Made by a program: the position numbers and the translations under genes. 64,000 bases of DNA from Pristiophorus japonicus (lineage: Eukaryota): contig NC_091984.1 of NCBI RefSeq assembly GCF_044704955.1, positions 206,460,001 through 206,524,000 of the forward strand. Reading direction: 5' to 3'. The notes under the pieces were generated by a model that was given only the letters and a program-made list of their open reading frames with translations, had not been told where the DNA came from and ran no database searches. Every line of letters begins with the position of its first letter. Within the stretch, counting starts at the first letter, position 1. Shown here one piece after another: positions 24,601 through 37,384 of this stretch.

Positions 24601-25350
24601 GATATAGTTTAGGACATTCAGATATTAGCTGGCACCTTGGATCAAACTCTAAGTACAGGAACAGGTTTTGGCACATATAATGTCTTTAACTATGTTGATA
24701 GATTTCCTGTGTCGCACTGTTCTCAACCCTGCAAACTACCTGTGTACCTATAAATAATTGATAACCAGGCATGAATTACAAGGCTATAATACTTAATCAA
24801 GGGGTTCAAGTGATTGTGTAACCCATTCGCAAAGCTTTGATATTTTATTAAAATCATCTAATTTAACTCATTTCTTGGGTATCTGTTGTTATGTAATATA
24901 TAGCCGTGTGGAATTACTTGGTGAAAAGGTTGTGCGAAGGATTTTGTTGTTGTTGAACATGACAGTTTTTCTTGCTGTTTTCAGGGACATTCTGTATTTA
25001 GTGCCTTATCAATGTATTTTAAAGGTCACCATAGTTCCTTGTAATATCCATACTGCAAGATCACTGGAAAATTAATGCACTCATTTACAAGGACATTGTT
25101 CACATATAAAAGCCACATTTTCCAAGTTCTTATTTGGTGAGGCAGATTATTATGATCTGGTACCGAACCTTGACAATGGAATGTTTTTAGTATCTGAAAA
25201 GCTATTAGGAAAATGTTAGTCTCCTGTGCTCTTGGTCAATCATGTTAGAGTTAAGTTTTTACAACTTTAGTCACAATAACTTGCATATTACTGGTTAGAA
25301 GGGAAATAATTGTCATTCACCACAATTAATTAATTTCTTTTTTCCCCAAG

Positions 25351-25448
25351 TGAGGGTGGATTCTTCAAAGCTCATCTGACTTTTCCTAATGATTACCCTT
25401 TGCGGCCTCCAAAGATGAATTTCATCACAGAAATCTGGCATCCAAATG
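25351..25448 (+). CDS. UBE2G1: UBE2G1-like exon 3
   Basis: EGGFFKAHLTFPNDYPLRPPKMNFITEIWHPN. Acceptor cccaag, donor G/gtaag. 98 nt. Confidence 0.95.
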
Positions 25449-26269
25449 GTAAGAATTGTATATGTGGTATCAATTTATTAAATCATGATTAGATTATCAG
25501 CTATAAAATATTTTTTTTGTGGGGAGGGGGAGGGGAGAGGAGGGGAGAGTGGTGGCATAGTGTAAGCTGCAGTCTTTTTTATAGCCTCGATCATTGATGT
25601 AGATTTTCCCAAAGTACGTACTTATGAGAGAACATTTACCAGATGGGTTAGGCCCTCATAAGCTTTTCTTCCAACTCTCATCTGCTACTCTGGGCCACAA
25701 AGTGGCAAAACTCTCCAGCAAGGGTATCTGATTTCAATTGTCAGTTAAGGTTTGGAATGTGAAGTGTAGGACTTGCTGTTTATTTTAGGGGAGGTTTTAT
25801 GTATATGACACATTTCATTTAGCTATCAAAAAAATCTGCAGTGCAGATATAAACTCTGATTTTAGAATAATACCCCTGATACCTGTGAACTGATATATTG
25901 TAGGAAAGTTTCTGAAGATGCATTTTACAATAGCCAGTAGCTTCTCATAAGCTTACATGCACTACTGGAAGTAGCATAATGCACAGAGCATATGCAGTCT
26001 CTCCTAGTTGATGGTTTTATTAGGGATGGAGCTATTCACACTAGAGAATGCTCTGATTGGCTCTCCATGGTCACATGACCTGATTGCTGATTAGTCCCCC
26101 TTGGAGCATAAGCCACACCCAGAAGTTTCTCTGGAACTGCCCAGCCCAAGTTTTGAGTGACTTTGCAAAGTGTAATTCGAGCCATTCTGACTTCAGAGAG
26201 GATAGAGCTCCCCAACCCCACAGAAGTCCCTGACACCCCCAGCCCAAGTTCCTGACTCCCACCAGCCTA

Positions 26270-27075
26270 ATTTCATCCCCCCTCCCCCGGCCTCTCTCTC
26301 TTTCCCCCCCCCCCCCTCCCCTGGTCTCTCTCTTCTTCCCCTCCCCTCCCCTCCCCCGGTCTCTCTCTCTTCCCCGGCCTCACTCTCTTTTCCCCCCCCC
26401 CCTCCCCCGGCCTCTCTCTCTTTTCCTCCCCCGGCCTCTCGCTCTTTTCCCCCCCCCCCTCCCCCGGCCTCTCTTTTTCCCCCCCCTCCCCCCTCCCCGG
26501 CCCTCTCTCTCTTCCCCCCCCCCCCCCACTCCCCGGCCTCTCTCTTTTTCCCCCCCCCCTCCCCCGGCCCCTCTCTCTTTCCTTTCCCCGGCCTCTCTCT
26601 CTTTCCTCCCCCGGTGTCTCTCTCTCTCTACCCCCCCCATCTCTCTCTCTCTCCCCCCCATCTCTCTCTCTNNNNNNNNNNNNNNNNNNNNNNNNNNNNN
26701 NNNNNNNNNNNNNNNNNNNNNNNNNNNNNNNNNNNNNNNNNNNNNNNNNNNNNNNNNNNNNNNNNNNNNNNNNNNNNNNNNNNNNNNNNNNNNNNNNNNN
26801 NNNNNNNNNNNNNNNNNNNNNNNNNNNNNNNNNNNNNNNNNNNNNNNNNNNNNNNNNNNNNNNNNNNNNNNCCTTCTTTCCCTCCCCCCCCCCCTCCCTT
26901 CTTTCCCTCCCCCCCCCCCTCCCTTCTTCCCCTCCCCCCCCCTCCCTTCTTCCCCCCCCCCCTCCCTCCCCCCCCTCCCTCCCCCCCCCTCCCTCCCCCC
27001 CTCCCTCCTTCTCCCTCCTCCCCCCCCCGCTTCCTCCCCCCCCCCCCCCCGCTTCCTCTTCCCCCCCCTCCCTTG
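26270..27075. repeat. C/T-rich low-complexity tandem repeat (about 26-bp cctcccccggcctctctctctttt unit) flanking the assembly gap
   Basis: Visible pyrimidine-only tandem units on both sides of the Ns. Confidence 0.9.
26672..26871. other. Assembly gap (200 N, true size unknown)
   Basis: Run of exactly 200 N. Confidence 0.99.
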
Positions 27076-27529
27076 CTGTGAGGAATCAATCATCTCTATA
27101 TGTCTCTTCATTGTACATCAAGATTTCATTACGATTATAAAGAGGTTCTGCTGAATCCAATAAGATGTTTAAAATAAGATTAAAGTTAGAATATTGAAAA
27201 CATTTTGGTGATGTTCTGATTTAAAACATTACCTGGCCTTTATAAGCAACAAATATTGTAGAATCCTTACCCCTTTGGCTAACACAATGAAAATATCAAT
27301 GAAAAACAACTGAGTTCAGCAGTGTAGAGCATACCTTCTTTTGTTATGAATTTCAATTGGCTTAACTACAACAGATTTTATAAAAATTGAAAGCTGCTGT
27401 AGACTAAGCAAGCTTTAAAGATCAAAATTATGTGGGATGAATGATCAAACAAATACTTACAAATGAATAACTGAGTAGAATATTTCGGAGTGTCTTAATA
27501 CAAAGAGATGTGAACTATATACAGTAGAC

Positions 27530-28070
27530 CCCTCAAAACGCTGGAGAAGAACCACCAGCACTGCCTCCGCAAGATCCTGCAAATCTATGGGCAGGATAGA
27601 CACACCATCGACAGTGTACTCACTCAGGCCAACATTCCCAGCATCGAAGCATTGACCACGCCCGATCAGCTCCGTTGGGCGGGCCACATCGTCCACAAGC
27701 CCGACAAGAGACTCCCAAAGCTAACGCTCTACGCGGAGCTTTGACACAGCAAGTGAGCCCCAGGTGGGCAGAGGAAACACTTCAAGCCTCCTTGATAAAG
27801 TGCAACATCCTGGAAATCCCTGGCCCATGACCGCCCAAAATGGAAGAGCATCCAAGAGGACGCTGAGCACCTCAAGTCCCATTGCCGAGAACAAGCAGAA
27901 ACCAAGCTTAGACAGTGGAAGGAGCGTGCGTCAACCAGGCTCCCCACCCACCCACCCTTTCCCTCAACCACCGTCTGCCCAACCTGTAACAGAAACTGTA
28001 GGTCCTGCATTGGACTCCTTAATCACCTGAGAACTCACTTTTAGAGTGGACTCCGAGTGACTGCCCAATA
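27530..28070 (+). mobile_element. RTE/BovB-like LINE 3' fragment
   Basis: Similar to 21030-21497 (caggccaacattcccagcatcgaagcattgaccac...gaactcacttttagagtgga). Confidence 0.85.
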
Positions 28071-30134
28071 ACACAAAGGAGCTTTGAAAGTATAAATCTA
28101 TCACTATACTCACTGATCTGTACCTGGCTCATTAATTTTAATCCTGTAAAATGATTATGACATAAGATCATCATTCTTCCTGTGCCATTAAGGCAAATAA
28201 GGTATTAAGTCTTGTGTTATGTAGAATTTCTCTTGGTCGACATCTAGCCCTTTTTCCCTCGTGGCTTCAATTTTCATGTCTTCTTCGGAATACTTGTCAG
28301 GTATTCACAAAATGTGACCGATATAGTCCATCTTCTCCTGCGGACTGATGTTTAGTGGTGATGATATCTGTTCCCTGAAGTACACATTCATTTGTCACAT
28401 AGTCAAGGGCATCCAGACTGGAAGCTGTTGAGTTTCTTTTCGATGAATATATGGGACATATTGTAGACGATTGATACTTGGCAAGTGAGTTAACTTATTA
28501 TGCAGTCTTCCTCAAACAGAAAAATGCTCTTTTCTGGATATTTTTGAGCAATAATGTTGACATTGCTATTGGTGAAACTAATTAGCAAACTAAGTAATTG
28601 AAATGATCACAACCTATTGAGCAGTTTTGTTTGTAAATGCATTTCAGGTCTGTTTAAATAGATAAAAGTAAACAACTGGATAGGTCAGTATGGATTAAAG
28701 ATGTACGTGTAGGTCATGTGAAAGAAGATTCAGTAGCTAAAGTGATGAAGGGGTTTTCTTTCTTGTTTTTTAATTTAATTTCCTCTGCTTTTAATACTTG
28801 GTTCTCCAAAGACTTAATTGAGATTGGTAATTTACCATATTGGAAAAGGAAGAGTCTGCATCCTGCTATATTTGGCACATTGACCGAGTACACATCTTAA
28901 TATATTTTAAAAAGACTATACAAGCTGTTAAGTTCGTGAAATAATATTAGTTGTTATAAGCCAGAAAAGGATTGGTGAACTTTTTGAAGTATAACAACTT
29001 TGTTTACTAATTTGAAATATCTCTTTAGTTTTAGGGGCAACTGAAAAGAGAACTTTGCCTTTACCTGTTCTTGCTGCTCTCTGGCCATAGCATCGATGTT
29101 ACCAGCCTGCAGCTAAGAATGCTATGCTGATAAGCTTGGATACATAAGAATCCCTCTCCGAGATGCTCATTGATAAGAACTGTTCAAAGAAATGTGGCCC
29201 TCTGTGATAGCAAAAAAAAAAATTTAAATAACTTAAGTTTCATCTCAGTTATTCTCGCATCCCGTCATGAATTATGTTTATTTATTTGAAAGCAAATCAG
29301 ACTGCTGATGAAATTGTCGTGTTAAACAAGGCTTACCTTTGTATCTTTTAAGATTGCTGCTGCGTCTGCCTCAAGCAAATATAATCCATATACATTGGGA
29401 ATAGTTTGTGACAAACTAGTTCACTGAATCATTTACAGTTATGTAGCATTTAAATCTACCTTCATTTGAAATATGTTTCATTTAACAATTTTACAGAAAA
29501 ATAATTCAGGTACAGTAAAGGTGTTCAAGGCACAGGGAAAAGTGATCGGTTGAAATATCCTCTGATTTCCCTTTAAAGCCAGTTTTGGTGCTGTAGCAAT
29601 TTCAGGAAATACAAAGACAGTTCTGCTTATTGCATTGGCCATCCATTTGGAAATTGTATGATTCAATGCAAAACTTATTTTTGAATAACTGTAAATTTAG
29701 AATATATTATAAGGAGCAGCTAAGAGGTTGGGGTGTTATTAGCTGTTTTTCTTCTTGCTAGAGAGTATGAAGATTGTAAAAGTATTCAGCTTTAACTTTT
29801 TTTTATAAATTATTTCTACATTTGATCTGAGCCTAATAAACCAAATTTATTATAGAACCTGGTTGGTTGTGTAACTAATGGTTCTGTCTGTCAGTCATAA
29901 AGTTACTCTGATGTAATATGACAGACAGACCAAATGCCATATGTAGTTATATAAACTACATAATGAAGTTCTAAATTAAGTATATTTTTCTCCTAAAATT
30001 CATTCAAACTAATTTTGGTCTCAGTTGAAAATCTGAACCCTTCAAAACAGACTCTTATTTTCTTTCAGAAACTTGACCTAAAAATGATCTACTTATTTCT
30101 TTAAAAACTAAAATATTGGCTAGAGCAACAATGT

Positions 30135-30565
30135 GTCAGCTTGGTAACACTCCCCTCTGCAGCAGAAGGTTGTGGATTCAAGTCCTATTCCTGGACTTCA
30201 ACACAGATAATCGAGGCTACCATTTCAGTGCACTACTAAGATAATGCTATATTGCCGAAGGGACTGTCCTTTAGATATAACGTTAAACTGAGAATCCCTT
30301 TACCTATTTCACTAGTTCAGCTGGATATTCAAGACTCCATGACATTATTTGAAGAAGAGCATTCTGATGGTCTAGCCAACATTCCTCTGCAATAGATTGA
30401 TCAGCTATTCATCTTATTGCCGTTTGAGATTTTGCTTATGCAAAATAGACTGCCATATTTGCCTTCATAATAGTAACCATACTTCAAAGCAATTTGTTGT
30501 ATGTGAAGTGCTTGGGGACATTTGAGACATGACGAGGCACTATATCAAAACAAGCTCATTCTTTC
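30135..30565 (+). mobile_element. Old, decayed DeuSINE
   Basis: cagaaggttgtggattcaagtcc head remnant, with the body and tail recognisable. Confidence 0.65.
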
Positions 30566-31084
30566 TTTGCCCTCTTGGGCACTGACCATTTTTGACTCTT
30601 GCTTATTATCTTCTGACTTCAGACAGAACTCCCATAGCTCCTCCATTAATACTTACTTTACCCTTGACAACTCTTCAGGTAAGGTATTGTGTACTACTGT
30701 TCTAGCGCATCTCATGTTTCTTGACCGGATATTTTTCTGTTGTAGAATTTTTTTGTCTTTCAATTTTGTTGATACTATGATCAGTACAACTTGTCACTCT
30801 TGTTTGTTCTAATATGCAAGATTCCACTACTTTGCTATATAGCTTTGCAGAACCATTAATAATGAATCATTAATAATAAACCATGGCAGGAGACTTTAGA
30901 ATGTGAACTAGCAGCTAGAATCTTTGGGACAAGATGAACTCGAGAAAGAACAAGTTGCTTAAAAAGCAGCTGAATTTAGAAATCCAACAGAACAAAGTGC
31001 TGGAATTACACTGCACGTCCACCATGCATCTGAAAAGACAGAAGACTAATTCACCATTTCCAAAGAATTGTTTCTATAGTTTAC

Positions 31085-32400
31085 AATGCAGAACAGGGCC
31101 ATTCAGCCCATCATATAAGTAGTGGATCTTTGCTGGAGCAATGCAAAACTAATGTGTTCTACTATAGCTCTGTATCTTCCTGTTTCAAATATCCAATTTT
31201 CCTTTAAATTGGAACAGTCTCTGCCTTAAACACTGTGACAAAGCAGTCCATGCTAGAACAGCCCACTGCGTAAAGAAATTTCTAATCTCTGTGATAATTT
31301 ATGACCCCATGTTCTGATCCCCAAGCAGAGGAAACAGCTTTCCCATATTCAGTCAATCAAAACCCTTCAGTGGAATCGGTCCCAGTATCTCAAGTCTCTC
31401 CTCATAACTACTTTCCCATCACTGACATCATCCTGGTGAATCTACATTGTATATGCTCTATGGCTTTAATATCTTTTCTATAATAGGGCACCCTAAACTG
31501 CACACAGTATGAACTGTGGCATAACCAATATTTTGCACAGATTTATAATCTTTCCTCTTGTACGCTACCATAAAATCCAAAATGCTGTTGGCCTATTTCA
31601 TGGCTATATCTACCCAGACTCCCACTTTCAGATCATCAAATTGAAACCCTAGGTTTCTCTGCTCATCTTTCCACTGAATGAGAACTCTTATGCCTAGTTT
31701 TACTCCTCAAAATGTGTTGCATCACACTTATCCACAATATATTGCATCTGGCATATCGGTCATTCTGAAGTCTTTTATAGTCCACCTGTTTGCCAATCCC
31801 TCTTTGTCTCTTTCACAAATTTTGAGATTGTGTTTCCTCTGCCCAAGTCTGAAACATCCATATATACTAGAGCAAATGTGTATCAAATTGATCCCTAGAA
31901 TCCAAGCAACACTCCTTTAACCTGTTTCCTGTCCATTCCATGCCGTTACATTTTCTGTTGTACTATGTCTGAATTTTTTCAACAAGCCTCTTCTCAGATA
32001 CCTGAAAATCCATATACACTGCATTTCCTTTATCCAGTCATCTCTTCCAAAAAAAAACACAAATTGGTCAAACATGACTTACTTTACCAAATCCATGCCA
32101 TTGGTCCTTTATTAATTCATGCATTTCTAAATGCTCCCTAATTTGATCTTGAATTATGGATTAAGAGTTTTCCCACAACTGACATTAGATGGTCTATAGT
32201 TATTTGGTTTATCCTTCTTGAACAAACATTGGCTACTCTTCAGTCCCATGGCACAACTTGCATATGAGGCCAGGGCCCAGTGCCTCTTTCACCTTGAATT
32301 TTGCTCATTTTTCTTTACAGCAAATTCCTTTCATACAGTTTGTAACAATTGTTCCATCTCCTTCTCTATATACCTACATTCTCATGTCTATCACCATTTG
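31085..32400 (-). mobile_element. Highly decayed CR1-type LINE fragment
   Basis: ggccattcagcccat tail remnant, plus ccctaaactgcacacagta and aaatccatgcc RT remnants. Confidence 0.55.
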
Positions 32401-34572
32401 TAAAAACCTAATGCAAAATATTTAATATTTATCTCCTCCATATCTTTATTCTACACACTTACACTCCTTCCTTCATCCCTGAGCCTTTCCAGGTGGAGAC
32501 TTCTTTCAAAACCAGAAAAAAGAGCCCCCTTAAATGAACTGACCAAACCATTGGGGAAGGGTAACACGGGTAAGAGTTAAGATGTATTAAAGAGTACTAC
32601 TGTTAATTAGAAGTGCCTCAGGATATGAAAAAATGAATAAGATGGCTTCAAAGTAGAATGGGTAAATTATTATAGTTTTGTGTATACAAAACATGAGTAC
32701 TGGTATCACCAGGCAAACTAAACCATCACAGATCAGAAAGACTAGACAACTTCTTAAAAAGCACTTGCCAAACTAGTGATGGCTTCATTCATCTCTTGGC
32801 AGCCAGCTTTTAAAAGAAAATACAGAAACATGCAGGAAAGTGTTTGTCCCACTGGAAACAACTCAGATTATACTGGGAAATTGAGAATTTCAGATACAAA
32901 ACCAGGTCATACCAATCTGAGACATAGTAAATTGGATCACCAACTATTTCAGCAAACTCTTGTGCGTCCCCTCCTTCTCCCCACAGTGTCTTTAGCCACC
33001 TAGATCCTGCTGTCTGAAATTCCCTCCACCTCCCTCAAGATCCTCCTTAAAGCCCACCTCTGACCAAGCTTTGGGTCACTTCTCCTTTTGACTTGGTGTC
33101 TGTTTTCCTTGCACCGAATGAAGCATCTTGGGACATTGTCAAAAGTACTACATAAATGCAAGATGTTCATTTTAATCCTTTCCAAGTAGAAGGAACGATA
33201 TATTTTCTGACCTCCTGGCTGGTTACGCTTACTGTGTTCCTCTAATCGAGGGTATACTTAATTCTTAAGTCTTAAAGTAAAAATTACAAGACCAGCACCA
33301 TTTTCTATTTTTTTTTTAAAAAGAACATTTACATGTAGCAAACCTATTGCCAATTATCAAGTGTAAGTGACTATTACTCTGACACTCATGTACATGTAAC
33401 CTTATGAAATTTACTCACCTGGATAATGAGGAATAAAGCTTTTGTTGCAATGACTGCTGTACATGTAAACATTTACTGTGCAAAACTCTTCAGTATACAC
33501 AAGTGTGCTTTTATTCTGTTGGGTAGCTTCTTTCCAACTTAAAGTGTGGGTCCCTAAGAATGGTTTAATATATATTAAAGATAGCTGCTATATCCTACAC
33601 ATGAAAACACACAGTTCATCCGAGCCATACACAGCAAATCAGAGCTGAGAGAACTAGAGCTGAACCAAATATGGATTCAGCAAATGTAATTTCTGGGACT
33701 GAGCACTCTGATATGTAGCTAAACATAACATCTTCAACATACTGGATTCTTACAACTTTTCTGGTTAACTGATCAATAAAGTCTTACAAAACTGCCAATA
33801 TTCTATAGTATACAACTTTTTTTAATGTATTACTGCTGCACAGCAGTTATGACTTATAAATATTGTATTCAATTCTTTATACCACTAGTTAAATCTGGGA
33901 TTTGGATAGTTCTTAATTTTAATACTTCAAAATATAAATAGGTTTGTTTGAACATTACAGAAGTCTGTCAGCAACTGCCATTTAACGAATGACTTCAATC
34001 AGGCCTATTTGATTTCCAATATTTTTATTTGTTCTTTTTCATAAAGAAAAGAATTGAGATCAATTTTGCTAAAATACATAATGCTGGCTAAATCCCCGTT
34101 AAAGCCTTGGTAATCAACAATGTTTCAATTAACTATTTTGGTTCCATACAGCTTAGAAAAGTGTGTTAAATAGCAGAAAAATTATCTTGTTATATAAACA
34201 ACTACCTACATATGGTAGCATTCAGATACCAGTTACAGGAGAGAAATACCAACACTTTGTTAATACTATGGTTGTGCGAGCAGCATCAGACGATTATGTA
34301 CCTATATCTGACCCATAACATGCAATGTGATAAGAGTAGTTGCTGGAAGTCAGGGAGGGTCCAGCTTTGAAATATCATGAACAGTAGGCTTACTTTGTGT
34401 AACTTCTGTACTGAACACCGCTTCGGCACCAAATATTGCAAACGTATTTATGAGCACCAGCCATTAAACAATTGCATAAGTAGAAGCTTTCAAGTAAATG
34501 ATACTGCACCAAGCATTGTTAATTTTCTTAAATTTTTTTTTTTTTAAAAACACTCTTCAGAATGACTGTACT

Positions 34573-34578
34573 TTTATT
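34573..34578 (-). terminator. Candidate ARPC3 polyadenylation signal AATAAA
   Basis: tttatt on plus, about 125 nt after the stop codon. Further candidates lie downstream. Confidence 0.45.
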
Positions 34579-34699
34579 ATATTCAAACCCAGTATAAAAT
34601 CATACGAAACAAGGCAAAAACTTTGTACATCTTGCTGCACGACATGTCAATGATGTTTCTCGTTTGTTGCACATATCATATGTAATATTTGAGATGATA

Positions 34700-34762
34700 T
34701 TAATGCCCTGGTGCTGAAAGGCTCTTGTTCATGAACTGCTTCTTTATAAAGCACGTCCACCA
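34700..34762 (-). CDS. ARPC3: Actin-related protein 2/3 complex subunit 3, exon 7 (last)
   Basis: WWTCFIKKQFMNKSLSAPGH* with acceptor ttctag. Confidence 0.97.
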   Translation of the reverse strand, partial: WWTCFIKKQFMNKSLSAPGH

Positions 34763-35356
34763 CTAGAAAGACAAAAACAATAGATTATGAAGAATCTCTG
34801 ATGTGCCGTTCTGTCTAGTTTAAATTGTAGCACCTGCAACCATGAACAATATATTTTCAGAATGGCTTGAGGGGGGAGGGGGGGGGGGAATGCATCTAAT
34901 GAATATTTTTCCCCCCCATTACAAGCCCCTTTTTTAAGTAATTATGTATAAAACATAAAGCACCTATGTTTGAACATGTTGCAAGACAGTAACAATGGGA
35001 CTGGGTGACAATCGGTTAACACTCTGCCCTTTAACCCAAGTGCATATCCAGCTAATAATTATAAAATCAAAGTGCATCATTTGTAAGGGCACTACTTGAA
35101 ATAAAATACTTTTAGAAGGTCTCAACACATTTCCTGCACATGCATGTCCACAGCATGAAAAGAACATTTTTTTTAAAACCCACAAGACAGCAGGAAATAG
35201 AAAAGTTCACACTGGTACAGTAGCTGTTGCTCTACAGCAAGTCCCATTGATAATGGCAGAGTAGAAAGCACTTTACCCTCCAGCTTATTCCCAAAAATGG
35301 TACATCATGATCAGTACAAAAATATACCAAAAAAAAAGTCTCTCAAATAAGTAAGA

Positions 35357-36603
35357 TGCTTCTCACAAAGATTAAAACAGTAAAATAACATTCACAAAAA
35401 AATATAATCGCAGGTGCTGGTTTAAAAAAAAAAAGGACTGGATGGAATCCTATTGGGAAAGGGATACAGGACTGAGTTCCAGAGGAAAACTGATGGGAGG
35501 TTTGTAAGAGTAGGCTAGATGAACCAATCGTTTTCTCGTGCCTAGACAAAATGTTTCTGAATGGTATATTGAAGGTGTCAAACTCTCCAAAAATAATTTG
35601 AGAGACAGAAATAGGACACTTAAAAAAAATCTCAACAGTTCATAATCATCCTATACTTGGTAATATTCTGATAAAGCAATATAAAGACAAATTATTTGCC
35701 CCAAAATTCCCCATGGTTCTTTTAAACCACTTCACTGCATTAACACTTTTGACCGACATAACCACTTTCAGAAAGAACAGCTTTCAGCTTAGTTTGAGTA
35801 CTGCATGTATTCAGGAAACAGATGTCTCCTGTTAAAAATAAGCCATCAAATCACCAGAGAAATCATTTACCATATCACCACACACAGTAACTCTGCACAA
35901 AAATTCAAAGCAAATCGACAAATGCCTTTCAAGAAAAAGCTGAAAACTGAAGTAAATTTAAAGATTAGTGAATAAGTAACTCAATTTAATAAACTGCTTC
36001 TGAGAGGACAAGTGGAGCTATATCATGGACAGTTTTTGGTAATTACTTTTCTATGGTTAAGTTTTATACATTATTCATGGAGGCATACTTGAAAACAAGT
36101 AGATGCTTATAAACTAGCTTGAATGAGAAGCACAGCAGTATTACTGGATGATACGATCTAGTCTAAAACCATCTTGCCCTATTATATTGCTTTCCACCAC
36201 CAGTGGGCATCACAGGACGTGATTTGTCTCAACAATAATGAGACTGAAATCACTATACACTACTCGTATGCATTTTTAGTTGATTGGACCACCTGTTTTG
36301 TTTTAGTGGCGCCCTCATCCCAGGAGAGGATGCAGAGATATTTGCCTCGGTGGCATTGGACCAGTCCAATGTCACTCCATTGGCCCAAATAAAACAGCCC
36401 TGTATTATATTAACAGTAATGTCCAGGCAGGAGAAAATGATTGCTCATAGCCTCCTACAAATCTCCCATCAGTTTTCTTCTGGAACTCAGTCCTGTATCT
36501 CTTTCCCCAATAGGATTTCATCCAGTCCTTTTTTAAAACCATCACCCATGTGTAAACTTTGTGTGAACGTTAATTTACTGTTTTAAGATTTTTGTGAGAA
36601 GCA
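35357..36603. repeat. Inverted repeat pair in ARPC3 intron 6 (arms 35357-35548 and 36420-36603)
   Basis: The arms are reverse complements. The ORF track shows the same HQFSSGTQSCI peptide on opposite strands. Confidence 0.88.
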
Positions 36604-36648
36604 ACTTTAAACCACAGTCCTATTATAGTCACGACTACAACGTCTTAC

Positions 36649-36743
36649 CTTGCTGGGTTTATCAGTCTGTTGATCAAACACCTTTTCACAAAGTCTCAGT
36701 CCAGTCTCTTGCCTGATCTGCTGCAAATAACCCCTCATCATCT
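36649..36743 (-). CDS. ARPC3: ARPC3 exon 6
   Basis: (E)[31 protein letters not shown]. 95 nt, ag/gt boundaries. Confidence 0.97.
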
Positions 36744-37384
36744 CTGAAAAGGTAGCCAGAATTTATAGGATCATGAACAACTGATTCTCAGGACATACAT
36801 TATAAAATTGTATCCTGCTACCAAATCTCAATTTGCAATTTGATAATTAGACATCTCACCATCATTCAAGACAAAACAATTAAAATTCATAAATCTTCCA
36901 AAGTTAGAAGCAAAGGATTTGTTTTAGAAGGAAGACTTGCATTTATATAGAGCCTTTTCGTGACCACCGGACATCTCAAAGCGCTTTGCAGCTAATAAAG
37001 TACTTTTGGAGGTTAGTCACTGTTGTAATGTGGGAAACGCAGCAGCCAATTTGCGCACAGCAAGCTCCCACAAACAGCAAAATTACGTTACATGTAAAGA
37101 GGACATACATTCAATTCACAAAATAAATATTCAGAATTATATTCTGCACAAAAATAGTGGCTTTGCATACTGGACTACAAACATCACACCATGAAATGGA
37201 AGGACACAGGTTTAAGTTTCCACCAAAACACTGAGCTCCCAATCTCAGTCATACAGCTGCACAGTGATAGTGGACAGAGAAATGTCCTCAAAGAACTGAG
37301 AAAAATTACAGCAGAAGTTGTTACAAACCCCACTCCTACATCCCACTGGCCATTTTCAAAGCATCTCTGGCAGAATGTTTTGAG

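Noticed and set aside
26380-27111. Gly/Arg- and Pro-rich ORFs around the gap
   Set aside because: Translations of a low-complexity repeat running through Ns.
29060-29420. Two minus-strand segments with splice-like donors (AAG/gtaagc, CAG/gtaaag) as exons of an extra gene
   Set aside because: No recognisable protein, stops in the candidate frames, no supporting exons.
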